Source: Syntrophomonas sp. (GTDB taxonomy: Bacteria > Bacillota > Syntrophomonadia > Syntrophomonadales > Syntrophomonadaceae). Taken from it: 54,086 nucleotides of DNA. Under the pieces are notes generated by a model, which was not told the DNA's origin, did not search any database, and worked only from the letters and a program-made list of their open reading frames with translations. Shown here piece after piece: positions 36,666 to 46,214 of this stretch (its first letter is position 1; each line of letters opens with the position of its first letter). The stretch lies in assembly GCA_039679805.1 (NCBI GenBank), contig JBDKUD010000215.1, forward strand, positions 1 to 54,086, in the 5' to 3' direction. The position numbers were made by a program, and so were the translations under genes.

Positions 36666-39600
36666 TTGAGGTTAAAAAGGATCCCACTTATTCTTTTATT
36701 ATCCCTAATCATGGTTTTAACTGTAGGGGGCCTGACGGTCTATGCTGGCACAAACCTGCCGAATGTTGTGAGTTATGGCGTATATAATTTTGATCCCAAC
36801 AGCAACGATGTGACGACTACTGTTCCCCAAGGAACCGTTGTGTCAACGGGTAATGACGGGGTGATTTATAATAATCCGCCATGGACTACACTGACAGATG
36901 TGCCTTATGTTTTCGGCAACAATGTTGGCATCGGAATTGAATTTGCCGTGAACGTGATACCAGAAGCCTATTGGACTGCTAATCAGGCTTGTTTTCATAT
37001 GTATGACGCATCTAATACCCCTGTTCCCATCAACGTAATAAGATTAGGTACTGTCTACGATGGTACGAATGGAAACAGAAACTACATATTTGTGGTCCCC
37101 CAAGGCCAACTGCAGCCTGTAAGCACATATAAAATAATTATAGATTCAACGCTGCAGTCAAATAATACCATGACAGCCGGTAAACAACAGGAAATTACGC
37201 TTTCAACCGCTGCTGCGCCCGATACTACTGCGCCATCTGTGAGCAGCAGCGACCCGGCGAACGCAGCTACAGGAGTAGCAATCAACAAAACCGTAGCGCT
37301 TACCTTCAGTGAGAACATATCAGCAGGCAGTACCTATGATCAGATCAGCTTTAAAGACGGAAGCAACGCTGATGTACTGTTTACTAAGGGCATCAGCGGC
37401 AGCACGTTAACCCTGGATCCAGTATCCGACCTGGACTACTGCACCTATACCGTGACTATACCCGCTGATGCTGTAAAAGATGCCGCAAACAATGACTTAG
37501 CCAATGAATACTCCCTGACATTTAGCACCGGACTCAGCGCGACAATTTCAAGGTCCAGAGCAACAGCCGGAGCAAGTTTTACTATAAACATTACCGGAGC
37601 TAAAGACGCTTCCGATACGCTTTTGACCGGTAACAATACAGTCACTGTGACTAATGGAGGAGCCGAAGTATATCGTGGCGATGTTGCGTTTACTGATGGC
37701 GCAGCAAACGTTACAATCCCGGCAAGTTCTACACCAAACAGCATTACCACAGTAGGGACCTATAACTTAACAGTAGCTATTGCCGGAGTGACTGAGCAGC
37801 CGACCGTTCCTTTGACGATCAATGCAGGGTCTATTGACTCCACGCAGTCCACTGCGGTTATCGACCAGGCTTTAAGCAAGGGGACTACCCGGGCAATTGC
37901 AGTAACGCTTAAAGACATATTTGGAAATCCAATAGCCAACAAAAATATCAAAACAAAGGTTACTATAGCCAACAACTATTCAATAACAAATGAATCTTAT
38001 ACTGTTGACGGAACAACAATGACGGCGTCAGGATTTACAACAGCTGTATATACTGATGTCAGTGGACAATATACAGTAAATGTGGTCATGCCGGGCGCCA
38101 TTGATCCTGGCGACGGAGTATCGATCCAGATAGCACAAAATAACGGCACATCATTTATCGGCGATCCGTTTGCATACTATGAACCTATCCCAACACCGAT
38201 GGTGACCAATGCAACGTCTGATGCCACTCATATTGTGTTAACCATGGATCAGCCCTTGTTAGGAACAGCAGCCGATACAAATGCCTTTACCATACACGGG
38301 GCGGCGAGCAATCCGACAGTTGCGAATGCTGTAGTATCCGGAACCAATGTATCGTTAACCTTGAATGCAGCCATTGCTTACAATGAGACGATTACACTGG
38401 ATTATGCCAGAACAGGCATTAATGATTTAAATAACGGACCTGGTTCTCAAGTGGCCGACTTTACTAGCCAACCGGTCATCAACAATACACCTGAACATGC
38501 TGCAGCGCCACTATTAGTCAGTGCAGCTTCCAATGTCCAGGGAAATGTTATAACGGTAATCTTTGATAAAGAAATGGCTGCTCTGCCGGCAGCACCAGCC
38601 GGCTTTTCCGTTGCAGTCGACGGCGCCAGCGATGTGGTTACTGAGGTTGCAAACAATACGGATAGAGCCAAAGTTGAACTGCTGTTGACGACAGCAATAA
38701 ATTACGGACAGACAGTAACAATCTCCTATAGCCCGGGAACGGTAACCGCACTTGATAATGGTGCTTTAGCCGGGTTTACCGATCAGGCTGTAACAAATAA
38801 TACAATACAGGACGGCTATATTACGACACTGCTTGGTGATGGTTCTTCAGGTAATTCTGGGGATAACGGACCGGCAACCTCAGCCACGATGGCAAGGACT
38901 ATTTATGGCTGCACAGTTGTAGATGAGATGGGGAATATCTATATTTCTGATTCATCCAATGGCAAGGTGCGAGAGATTGCCGCGATTACCCATACCCAGT
39001 TCGGAATTAACATGACGGCAGGGAATATTTATACTGTAGCTGGAACTGGGTTAACTAGATCTTATGCGGTAACTGATGAAGGACAACTTGCAACAGCAGT
39101 AAATCTGATGAATTCTGCAAATGGTATTGCTGTTGATGATTCGGGAAATCTCTATATTGCTGATACCCAAAACAGTAGGATCCGTGAAGTGGCCAACACA
39201 GACCATAACCAATATGGCATTACTATGACTACGGGATGTATTTACACCATAGCCGGTGTTGGGGCAACAGGTCTTACATCTAACACTTATACAACTGCCA
39301 TAGCGGAAGAAGGGGTGGCTGCGACAACTGCCCACCTGTGCAATCCGAATGCACTAATTTTTGACACGACTGGTAATCTGTATATTGTAGATCAAAACAA
39401 CAACAGGATCAGAAAGATGGATACCAGCGGAATTATAAATACAGTTGCAGGCACAGGAACTACAAATCCTACTGCTGATAGCGGGCCGGCGATCAGCTTT
39501 AACATGAGGCCTGCAGCCATAACCTTTGATAGTTTAGGAAATATATTTATCGGAGACGGGATATGCGGTAGAATTTACAAAATGGACACCGGTGGGAATA

Positions 39601-42254
39601 TCACGACCTATGCTGGTACATTAATCCCGAGTGGCTCTAGTTATACCATTAAAGATGTAGGCAGCGCGCCTCCTCTCACTGAAGTCGGTTTCAGACCCGT
39701 CAGTTTGATGTTTGATAGTGCGGACAACTTATATGTGGCGGAAGGCAACTGGGACCGCGTCAGAAAGATCGGTATCGATGGCAGTGTTACTTTAGCCGCA
39801 GGGTATGGGTATGCAGCCGGTGTAGCTAATGTGTTTAATGGTGATAATATTCCGGCTACTGCAGCATTGCTGAATAGTGCCCAATTTGCGTCCCTGGATA
39901 AATGGGGAAACATGTATATTATGGATAATCAAAGCATGCGGATTCGTTTTGTTAAAAACCCGCAGGTAGTAGCGGAAGCACCTCCGGTTGTTAACAGCGC
40001 AGTAACTTCTGATGAGACACATATTGTACTCACCATGAGCCGAGCATTATTAGGCACTGCAGTAAACCCCGCAGCTTTCACAGTATCAGGAGCAGCTTCA
40101 AATCCTACAGTAACCGCAGCAGCAGTTTCAGGTACCAGTGTGACACTGACACTAAGTTCAGCAATTGCTTATAACGATACGATAACCGTAAGTTACGCAA
40201 AAACAGGCTTCGACAGTGCAGCTGGGTATAGCAATTTGACTGCAGTGGAAAACTTCACCAATCAGCCAGTAACAGTAACCGTGCCTGCTCCGGGAACTGT
40301 TGCTGTACCGACGGCTGTACCCTCAGGGACTGCTGTAACGGCAGGCACTCAGGTAACGCTGACAACGATGACTGCAGGTGCAACCATATATTACAGCCTG
40401 GACGGCAGCGACCCGACAGCAGCAAGTACAGCATATAACGGCCCGATTACCATTAATAATCCTGTAACCATCAAGGCTATCGCAGTTAAGGACGGTATGA
40501 TAAACAGTACAATCCTGACAGTGTCCTATACAATCAAAAGTGGCAATGGTGGGCCTTCTAGTTTGCCCACTTGGCCGGATGATGCTACATTGACAGTTAG
40601 CAAAAATCAAACTACAGCAACCCTTACCTGGACGGAAGCCACCGGTGAGGTGACCAAATATAGAATATATCGCGGCGTGTCTGGAATTGCTGATACACTG
40701 ATTGCTACAATTGATGCTCCGGCAACAACTTATACAGATACAACACTACAATCAGGTGGTTATACTTATATCTTCAAAGTTGAAGCCGGGAATAACGCAG
40801 GCTGGACCAACAGCGGACCCAGCGCCCAGACTGAGGGCGGACAAAACCCCTTGATTCTTGATGGGGCCTATTTAACTACAGCCACTCCCAGCAGCAGCAC
40901 TTCTGATACAGGAGAATCCGTTGATGACAGCACTAGTGTACCGGTCAAACCAACGATCAAATTCATATTTGAAAGAAGTGTGGCACAAGATGAACTCTGG
41001 TCAAACAATAAGTTATGTTTTACCATGAAAGACAGCTCTGGTGCCAGCGTTTCTTTAAATGTTTTTAAAATTTCAAATGGTACTGAAATCAACCCGAACG
41101 AAAGGCATAATTTATTTATCACGCCCTTAAGCAATCTGACTGCGGGAAATACTTATTATATTACTATAAGTAAAAATTTACAGGCCAATAACGGCAAGAC
41201 GCTTGGTGAAGCTTATGACGGCAAAGATATTGTAATCAGCTTTACTGTGGCCGGGGGTACAAATTCCGGCGGGGGCACTGTTACTACGGATGGTCCCACC
41301 TATACCAACGGTTACGGCTCTGTCGATCCGGCTGTCGGGGCGAGCGTCGCCCTGGATGAAGCAGCCATGGTAGTCATACCGCCCGATGCCCTTAAAGAAA
41401 CTGGTTCTGTCAATGTAAACATCAAGAAGGTAACCACATCGCCAGCAGTTCCAGCAGGATTTAAAGTGGCCGGCGATGTGTACGAGTTTAGTGTAGGAAA
41501 TAAGACATCCTACAGCTTTGCTAAAAGTGTTGCTTTAACGTTTAATTTTGACGCCTCCCAAATCGAGGCGGACGAAGTTCCGGAAATTTACTACTATGAC
41601 GAAGTCCTGAAAAAATGGGTCGGCATCGGGGGCACAGTGTCCGGCTCGACCATCACTGTGCAGGTAAATCACTTTACGAAGTTTGCCGTACTGGCTGTCC
41701 CCAAAGCCGTAGAACCAGTAAAACCAGTAGTACCAGTAGTATCATTTACCGATGTTAACGGAAATTGGGCGGCAGCTAATATAACAAAATTAGCTGCAAC
41801 AGGTGCAATTAAGGGATATACGGACGGAACCTTCAAGCCGGACAACAATATTACCAGGGCTGAGTTCGTTACGGTTCTGGTCAAAGCACTTAAATTAGCG
41901 CCTGCAAGCGGAAAAACCTTCAACGATACTGCAAACAGCTGGAGCAAAGATTACATTGCAACCGCTGTTGCCAATGGTATTATCAATGGTTACAGTGATA
42001 CCACATTTGGCCCTGATGATCCCATCACCCGCGAACAAATGGCGGTGATAATTGTTAAGGCTGACAAGTTAAGCAAAATTCCGAGTGGAAAAATATTTGC
42101 CGACAACGGTGCAATTTCAGCCTGGGCCAAAGATGCTGTCAGCACGGCCAGCGGAAACAGTATTATCGCAGGGTACGCAGACAATACCTTTAGACCCCAA
42201 AATTATGCTAGCAGGGCTGAAGCAGTTACGGTCATTGTCAAAATATTGAAATAA
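36666..42254 (+). CDS. 1862-aa secreted cell-surface protein: Big_5/SbsA-Ig modules, Big_1-like and SwmB-like Ig domains, NHL-repeat propeller, chitobiase-C-like domain, FN3, three SLH domains
   Basis: TTG start 9 nt after AAGGAGAG, with a signal peptide. APDTTAPSVSSSDPANAATGVAINKTVALTFSE (Big_5). NHL repeats GNLYIADTQNSRIREV and similar. GATIYYSLDGSDPT. SLH triplet at 41745-42251. Confidence 0.9.
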   Translation: MRLKRIPLILLLSLIMVLTVGGLTVYAGTNLPNVVSYGVYNFDPNSNDVTTTVPQGTVVSTGNDGVIYNNPPWTTLTDVPYVFGNNVGIGIEFAVNVIPEAYWTANQACFHMYDASNTPVPINVIRLGTVYDGTNGNRNYIFVVPQGQLQPVSTYKIIIDSTLQSNNTMTAGKQQEITLSTAAAPDTTAPSVSSSDPANAATGVAINKTVALTFSENISAGSTYDQISFKDGSNADVLFTKGISGSTLTLDPVSDLDYCTYTVTIPADAVKDAANNDLANEYSLTFSTGLSATISRSRATAGASFTINITGAKDASDTLLTGNNTVTVTNGGAEVYRGDVAFTDGAANVTIPASSTPNSITTVGTYNLTVAIAGVTEQPTVPLTINAGSIDSTQSTAVIDQALSKGTTRAIAVTLKDIFGNPIANKNIKTKVTIANNYSITNESYTVDGTTMTASGFTTAVYTDVSGQYTVNVVMPGAIDPGDGVSIQIAQNNGTSFIGDPFAYYEPIPTPMVTNATSDATHIVLTMDQPLLGTAADTNAFTIHGAASNPTVANAVVSGTNVSLTLNAAIAYNETITLDYARTGINDLNNGPGSQVADFTSQPVINNTPEHAAAPLLVSAASNVQGNVITVIFDKEMAALPAAPAGFSVAVDGASDVVTEVANNTDRAKVELLLTTAINYGQTVTISYSPGTVTALDNGALAGFTDQAVTNNTIQDGYITTLLGDGSSGNSGDNGPATSATMARTIYGCTVVDEMGNIYISDSSNGKVREIAAITHTQFGINMTAGNIYTVAGTGLTRSYAVTDEGQLATAVNLMNSANGIAVDDSGNLYIADTQNSRIREVANTDHNQYGITMTTGCIYTIAGVGATGLTSNTYTTAIAEEGVAATTAHLCNPNALIFDTTGNLYIVDQNNNRIRKMDTSGIINTVAGTGTTNPTADSGPAISFNMRPAAITFDSLGNIFIGDGICGRIYKMDTGGNITTYAGTLIPSGSSYTIKDVGSAPPLTEVGFRPVSLMFDSADNLYVAEGNWDRVRKIGIDGSVTLAAGYGYAAGVANVFNGDNIPATAALLNSAQFASLDKWGNMYIMDNQSMRIRFVKNPQVVAEAPPVVNSAVTSDETHIVLTMSRALLGTAVNPAAFTVSGAASNPTVTAAAVSGTSVTLTLSSAIAYNDTITVSYAKTGFDSAAGYSNLTAVENFTNQPVTVTVPAPGTVAVPTAVPSGTAVTAGTQVTLTTMTAGATIYYSLDGSDPTAASTAYNGPITINNPVTIKAIAVKDGMINSTILTVSYTIKSGNGGPSSLPTWPDDATLTVSKNQTTATLTWTEATGEVTKYRIYRGVSGIADTLIATIDAPATTYTDTTLQSGGYTYIFKVEAGNNAGWTNSGPSAQTEGGQNPLILDGAYLTTATPSSSTSDTGESVDDSTSVPVKPTIKFIFERSVAQDELWSNNKLCFTMKDSSGASVSLNVFKISNGTEINPNERHNLFITPLSNLTAGNTYYITISKNLQANNGKTLGEAYDGKDIVISFTVAGGTNSGGGTVTTDGPTYTNGYGSVDPAVGASVALDEAAMVVIPPDALKETGSVNVNIKKVTTSPAVPAGFKVAGDVYEFSVGNKTSYSFAKSVALTFNFDASQIEADEVPEIYYYDEVLKKWVGIGGTVSGSTITVQVNHFTKFAVLAVPKAVEPVKPVVPVVSFTDVNGNWAAANITKLAATGAIKGYTDGTFKPDNNITRAEFVTVLVKALKLAPASGKTFNDTANSWSKDYIATAVANGIINGYSDTTFGPDDPITREQMAVIIVKADKLSKIPSGKIFADNGAISAWAKDAVSTASGNSIIAGYADNTFRPQNYASRAEAVTVIVKILK
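38818..39958 (+). other. NHL-repeat beta-propeller region of the 1862-aa protein
   Basis: Six repeats of the type GNIYISDSSNGKVREI, GNLYIADTQNSRIREV, GNLYIVDQNNNRIRKM, GNIFIGDGICGRIYKM, DNLYVAEGNWDRVRKI and GNMYIMDNQSMRIRFV. Confidence 0.8.
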
Positions 42255-42282
42255 CGAAGAGCTTAAATTAAAAGTAAATAAG

Positions 42283-42319
42283 GGGGCGGGTTCGCTTTTC
42301 GTGGCTCGCCCTTCTTTTT
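42283..42319 (+). terminator. Intrinsic terminator after the 1862-aa gene
   Basis: GGGCGGG...CTCGCCC stem followed by TTCTTTTT. It resembles the terminator at 28292-28326. Confidence 0.65.
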
Positions 42320-42378
42320 AAAATGGTTGTTGGCAATTATATCAGCAAATACCGATTTGTTTTTAAGGGGGAGAGACA

Positions 42379-44403
42379 ATGCTTTTTGAAAAAAGAGGCC
42401 CATTGATTTCCATGATCATTCTGGTTGCAATGCTAACGCTGACATTTCCGGTTTTTGCGTTTACCACCGATATTTCCCTGACCAGCGTTAGTGTAAATGG
42501 AAATACTTATCTGGTGACCGGGGATAATGCCGTAGTGAACGAGTCTTTTAATGCTGGTGATCAACCGAGGTTCATTTTGAATTTCAGTCATAATGTGAGC
42601 AATACACTCGACGCAAACCTTGCTAGGCTGTCTATGGTTAAGATCACTTCTGGCGTCGAGCAGGTAATCCCCACAAGCACCTATGGCGGGCTGACGGGTA
42701 TGGGACTGGTAATAAGGCCGGTCAGCGGGCTTGAGAATGGTAATTATAAGATCATAGTGGCACAGGGTATCCAGGCGAATGCTGGTACGATCGAAGAAAC
42801 CTACAGTATATATTTCAATGTGGGAGGCAGCCCGTCCGGCACAGGTGGCGGGATGATAAGTGAAGATGCCCATAAAATAGTCTTTGATATCAAGGGTATT
42901 GCAGCAGATACCAAATATAACGCAACCGTAAAACAGGATAATCAGATCTTTTATCCTCAAAGTGAGAATACTTTCTTTCTTGAACCAGGTGACTATACCT
43001 ATGCCGTGAGTGCATCAGGTTACGTTGCAGTTACCGGCGAGCTTACTGTCAGCAAAGACGAAACCATTCCCATCACCATGACCGACCATGTTCTTATCAC
43101 TTTCAGCACTACGCCTGCTGATGCATCGGTGCGTGTCAAGGTGGGGCAGAATGAATTTATCGATCCATATCAAGTAAATATATTTAAACTTACACCCGGT
43201 ATAGAGTATACATATATCGTTGAGGCGAAAGGCTATATCACGAAAGCTCAGCGATTCACACCGATGGTAAATGAAACGAAAACCGTCCAGCTTTTAGTGG
43301 GCGGTGCAGCAGGCAGCTATTGCGAGCAGGGCAACGGCGGCAATACTCTGACCATGCTTGTACCGGGGTCTTCCCGAATCACTGTCAAGGAGGATAACTT
43401 AGATTATTCTTACAATCTGATATCCGGCTCTTTTGACGGGAGTAAGGAGATTACTTTCGGTTTTACTATGGGAGCGGGGGTTAATAATTTTGGCGACGGT
43501 TCTGGCTTTAAAACCAACAATATGCCCAAGATCGCGGTCTACAAGAGCTATAAGAATGGACCGCAGGGTAACCCGGTAGCGGATTATAAGTCAGGCAACG
43601 GCACTCTCAAATACATAGGATTTAATGCAGGAGCACCCGAGGGGAAGCTTATTACCATCGGCCTGACGAAGGGAGCTTTAAAGGACGGTACTTATGTTCT
43701 TGTATTTGGCAAAAACTTATGCGGAAATAATGTAAACAAAACCCTGGGTAAGGATGTCGTGTTTGAATTCGCAATAGGCCAGAGCGGCAGCAATACTACA
43801 GTAACTGAGCCGTCCCAACCGGTTACTCCGGTAACCGAAGCTGTTTTTTCTGATGTCACGGAAAACAGCTGGTATAAAGAAGCTGTTAACTATGTAGTAA
43901 AAAATGGATTGTTCAAGGGCACTTCAGACAGCACCTTTGATCCCGACCTGCCCATGAACAGAGGTATGTTCGTAACGGTATTGGGAAGGCTGGCTAAAAT
44001 TGACGGCAATTCGGTATACACAGCCCTAGGTTTTACCGATGTGAAGGCGGACGCGTACTATGCCAAATATGTTGCCTGGGCAGCGGAAAAAGGTATAGTT
44101 TCCGGCACCGGGAATGGGAATTTCTCTCCTGACAGGAGCATAACCCGTCAGGAGGCGGCTTCTATAATGTTTAGTTTTTCAAAACCAATGGGTTATGATC
44201 TAAACATTGCGGATAATGCAGCAATGAACAAATTCAATGACGCTTCCCGCGTGGCTGTATGGGCAGCAGATGCAGTGAACTGGGTATTAAGTAAAAAGGT
44301 GATGGGCGGCAGCAACGACGGTTCCCTTAATCCCGGGGGAACTGCTACCCGTGCCCAGGTGGCCCAGATAATTATGAACTTCGTAAATAATGCGGGAAAA
44401 TAG
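42379..44403 (+). CDS. 674-aa secreted SLH-anchored protein with Big_5-like and PEGA-like beta-sandwich modules
   Basis: RBS AAGGGGGAGAG and a signal peptide. PEGA-like repeats (EPGDYTYAVSASGYVAVTGELTV and TPGIEYTYIVEAKGYITKAQRF). SLH triplet at 43846-44400. Confidence 0.85.
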   Translation: MLFEKRGPLISMIILVAMLTLTFPVFAFTTDISLTSVSVNGNTYLVTGDNAVVNESFNAGDQPRFILNFSHNVSNTLDANLARLSMVKITSGVEQVIPTSTYGGLTGMGLVIRPVSGLENGNYKIIVAQGIQANAGTIEETYSIYFNVGGSPSGTGGGMISEDAHKIVFDIKGIAADTKYNATVKQDNQIFYPQSENTFFLEPGDYTYAVSASGYVAVTGELTVSKDETIPITMTDHVLITFSTTPADASVRVKVGQNEFIDPYQVNIFKLTPGIEYTYIVEAKGYITKAQRFTPMVNETKTVQLLVGGAAGSYCEQGNGGNTLTMLVPGSSRITVKEDNLDYSYNLISGSFDGSKEITFGFTMGAGVNNFGDGSGFKTNNMPKIAVYKSYKNGPQGNPVADYKSGNGTLKYIGFNAGAPEGKLITIGLTKGALKDGTYVLVFGKNLCGNNVNKTLGKDVVFEFAIGQSGSNTTVTEPSQPVTPVTEAVFSDVTENSWYKEAVNYVVKNGLFKGTSDSTFDPDLPMNRGMFVTVLGRLAKIDGNSVYTALGFTDVKADAYYAKYVAWAAEKGIVSGTGNGNFSPDRSITRQEAASIMFSFSKPMGYDLNIADNAAMNKFNDASRVAVWAADAVNWVLSKKVMGGSNDGSLNPGGTATRAQVAQIIMNFVNNAGK

Positions 44404-44428
44404 GACTATCAGAAAATATATTATAGCA

Positions 44429-44469
44429 AAGGTGAGGCGCCCCTTCGGGGACTGCTTCACCTTTATTTT
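44429..44469 (+). terminator. Intrinsic terminator after the 674-aa gene
   Basis: AAGGTGAGGC...GCTTCACCTT with an inner CCCC/GGGG stem, followed by TATTTT. Confidence 0.7.
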
Positions 44470-44772
44470 CTAATGTAATGACATTTTGAGTTGTTGGCTT
44501 AGCGATAGTATCCTCTTCCGACTCCTTTAAACTCACACTTTCATCATATCCCTAATATTTGTTTATTCTCTCATTTATGGTCACAGCTCACTAAACTCTT
44601 CAGCTTGTCTTCTTATAGATTCCCAGCTTGCAGGCCCATATCCCGGCAGAATATGGCAGCAGATTATTTCAGCAATAATAGACCGCGTTGTCCTAAAGGC
44701 TGACGAGTCTTTAATTACATGTCTTGGCCCGCTATTTAAGGATTTATTAACAACCGAGTCCATCTATTACCA

Positions 44773-44802
44773 TTGACCTATGTGCGTGATAGCCTTGATA
44801 AT
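44773..44802 (+). promoter_or_regulatory. Candidate sigma-A promoter for the 44849 gene
   Basis: TTGACC (-35), an 18-nt spacer, then GATAAT (-10). No riboswitch-like element lies between it and the gene. Confidence 0.4.
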
Positions 44803-44848
44803 ATGACATGGATTATAAACCTTGTATACAAAGGAGAGTGAAAAATCC

Positions 44849-46081
44849 ATGCATATCCTTAAACGTAATCCTTTATTATCTACATTTTTAATAATACTGC
44901 TTTTATTTACGTCACTAATTGCAGGTGCCCAGACAGTACTGGCAGGTGACGGCAGCGGCGGCGGGAAAAATCCACCTTTATTACGGAGTGCCTGTTTGAC
45001 GACTATTAATAATAATGTCTCTGCCACAGGTGATTCTTTGGGAGAGAATATGTCGCTGGCCAATAATCCTCCTACGATTAGAATTGAATTTGCAACCAAT
45101 ATTGCAGATAACACAGTATGGAATGATAACAAAAATTATGTAACGTTATATGACGGTGACCATAAGGCAGTATCTTCTGATGTAAGCAGAATTGACCCTA
45201 CCGTAACTTTTGCGGAGAGAAATTATATTTTTGTTAAACCTTCGGCAGCATTACAACCGGGGTCATATACAATTGTTGTAGATGCCAGGCTTACTTCCAA
45301 GAACGGAATATCATCTGGTCAGGAACAAACGGTAAGTTTCAGTGTTGCTGGAAATACTGACAGCAATAATAACACTAACAACGATACCGGCAGCGGTACC
45401 AATGCTGGTAATAATAACAATATTGGTAATAATACCGATACCAATACAAACAATAATAACAATGATACCAATGATACCAATGATACCAGTAACAACAACG
45501 ATACTGGCAGCAATACTAATAACAGTAATAACAGCAATAATGATAGCAGTATTGTTTTAACAGACATTAGCGGACATTGGGCTGGAAACAATATTAATAA
45601 ACTCGTTAAATCAGGTGTTATCAGCGGTTATCCCGATGGGACATTTAAACCTGATAAAACTATCAGCAGGGCAGAGTTTGTAACTATTATTGTTCGTGCT
45701 TTCAAACTGCCGCCCAAAGCAGGCAAAGTGTTTGCAGATACGGCTAATCATTGGGCTAAGGACTCTATTGCCACAGCCGCTGCATACGGGATAGTTAATG
45801 GTTATAACTCAACTAAATTTGGCCCCGACGATAATATTACCCGGGAACAAATGGCAGTAATCTTAGATAAGGCTTTGAAACTTAACAATGCTGCAGGCGG
45901 CAAAAATTTCATCGACCAGGCTAAGATTTCAACATGGGCTAAAGATGCCGTTGTCAGAGTAAATCAAAATGGCATATTTGCAGGTTATCCGGATAAATCA
46001 TTTAAACCCAAAGCTAGTGCTGCTAGAGCAGAAGCAGCGACTGTTATTTTAAAAGCATTAGATAAAGTAGGAAGTAAATAG
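44849..46081 (+). CDS. Secreted Big_5-like domain protein with Asn/Thr/Asp-rich linker and three SLH domains
   Basis: I chose ATG 44849 (RBS AAGGAGAG) over the ORF-track TTG 44822. Signal peptide, then GDGSGGGK. Low-complexity linker at 45351-45549 and SLH triplet at 45557-46078. Confidence 0.85.
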   Translation: MHILKRNPLLSTFLIILLLFTSLIAGAQTVLAGDGSGGGKNPPLLRSACLTTINNNVSATGDSLGENMSLANNPPTIRIEFATNIADNTVWNDNKNYVTLYDGDHKAVSSDVSRIDPTVTFAERNYIFVKPSAALQPGSYTIVVDARLTSKNGISSGQEQTVSFSVAGNTDSNNNTNNDTGSGTNAGNNNNIGNNTDTNTNNNNNDTNDTNDTSNNNDTGSNTNNSNNSNNDSSIVLTDISGHWAGNNINKLVKSGVISGYPDGTFKPDKTISRAEFVTIIVRAFKLPPKAGKVFADTANHWAKDSIATAAAYGIVNGYNSTKFGPDDNITREQMAVILDKALKLNNAAGGKNFIDQAKISTWAKDAVVRVNQNGIFAGYPDKSFKPKASAARAEAATVILKALDKVGSK

Positions 46082-46101
46082 ATTAAGTTTAAAACTAAAT
46101 A

Positions 46102-46192
46102 ATCTCCGAGCCTGTTAACCTGAGGTTTAATGGTTTACAGGCCGATAGGGTGCAGTGGGAAACTGCTGTACCTCCCAGTGCGGAAAGGAGAA
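46102..46192 (+). promoter_or_regulatory. Moco/Wco-type riboswitch aptamer, copy E
   Basis: ATCTCCGAGCC...AGGGT-GCAGTG-GGAAAC-TGCTGT-ACCTCCC-AGTGC-GGAAAGGAGA. It is a close paralogue of copy A and begins 20 nt after the upstream stop codon. Confidence 0.7.
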
Positions 46193-46214
46193 GCTGATAC
46201 GGTTGGAATATCGC

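Noticed and set aside
36590-36787. A 65-aa ORF upstream of and overlapping the 36666 start.
   Set aside because: It overlaps the RBS and signal-peptide region of the 1862-aa gene in another frame and has no RBS of its own.
42433-42960. A 175-aa ORF on the minus strand.
   Set aside because: It lies completely inside and antisense to the well-supported 42379-44403 gene. It has no RBS and an odd composition, so it is a shadow ORF.
44581-45132. Minus-strand ORFs 44581-44763 (60 aa, containing ILPGYGP reminiscent of an MBL-hydrolase C-terminus) and 44767-45132 (121 aa).
   Set aside because: - The first is too short and has no start context. At most it is a gene remnant.
- The second overlaps the promoter and 5' end of the 44849 gene in antisense.
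45319-45591. ORFs 45319-45591 (-) and 45342-45560 (+) with Leu- or Ile/Thr-rich translations.
   Set aside because: They are artefacts of the AAT/AAC-rich low-complexity linker of the 44849 gene read in other frames.
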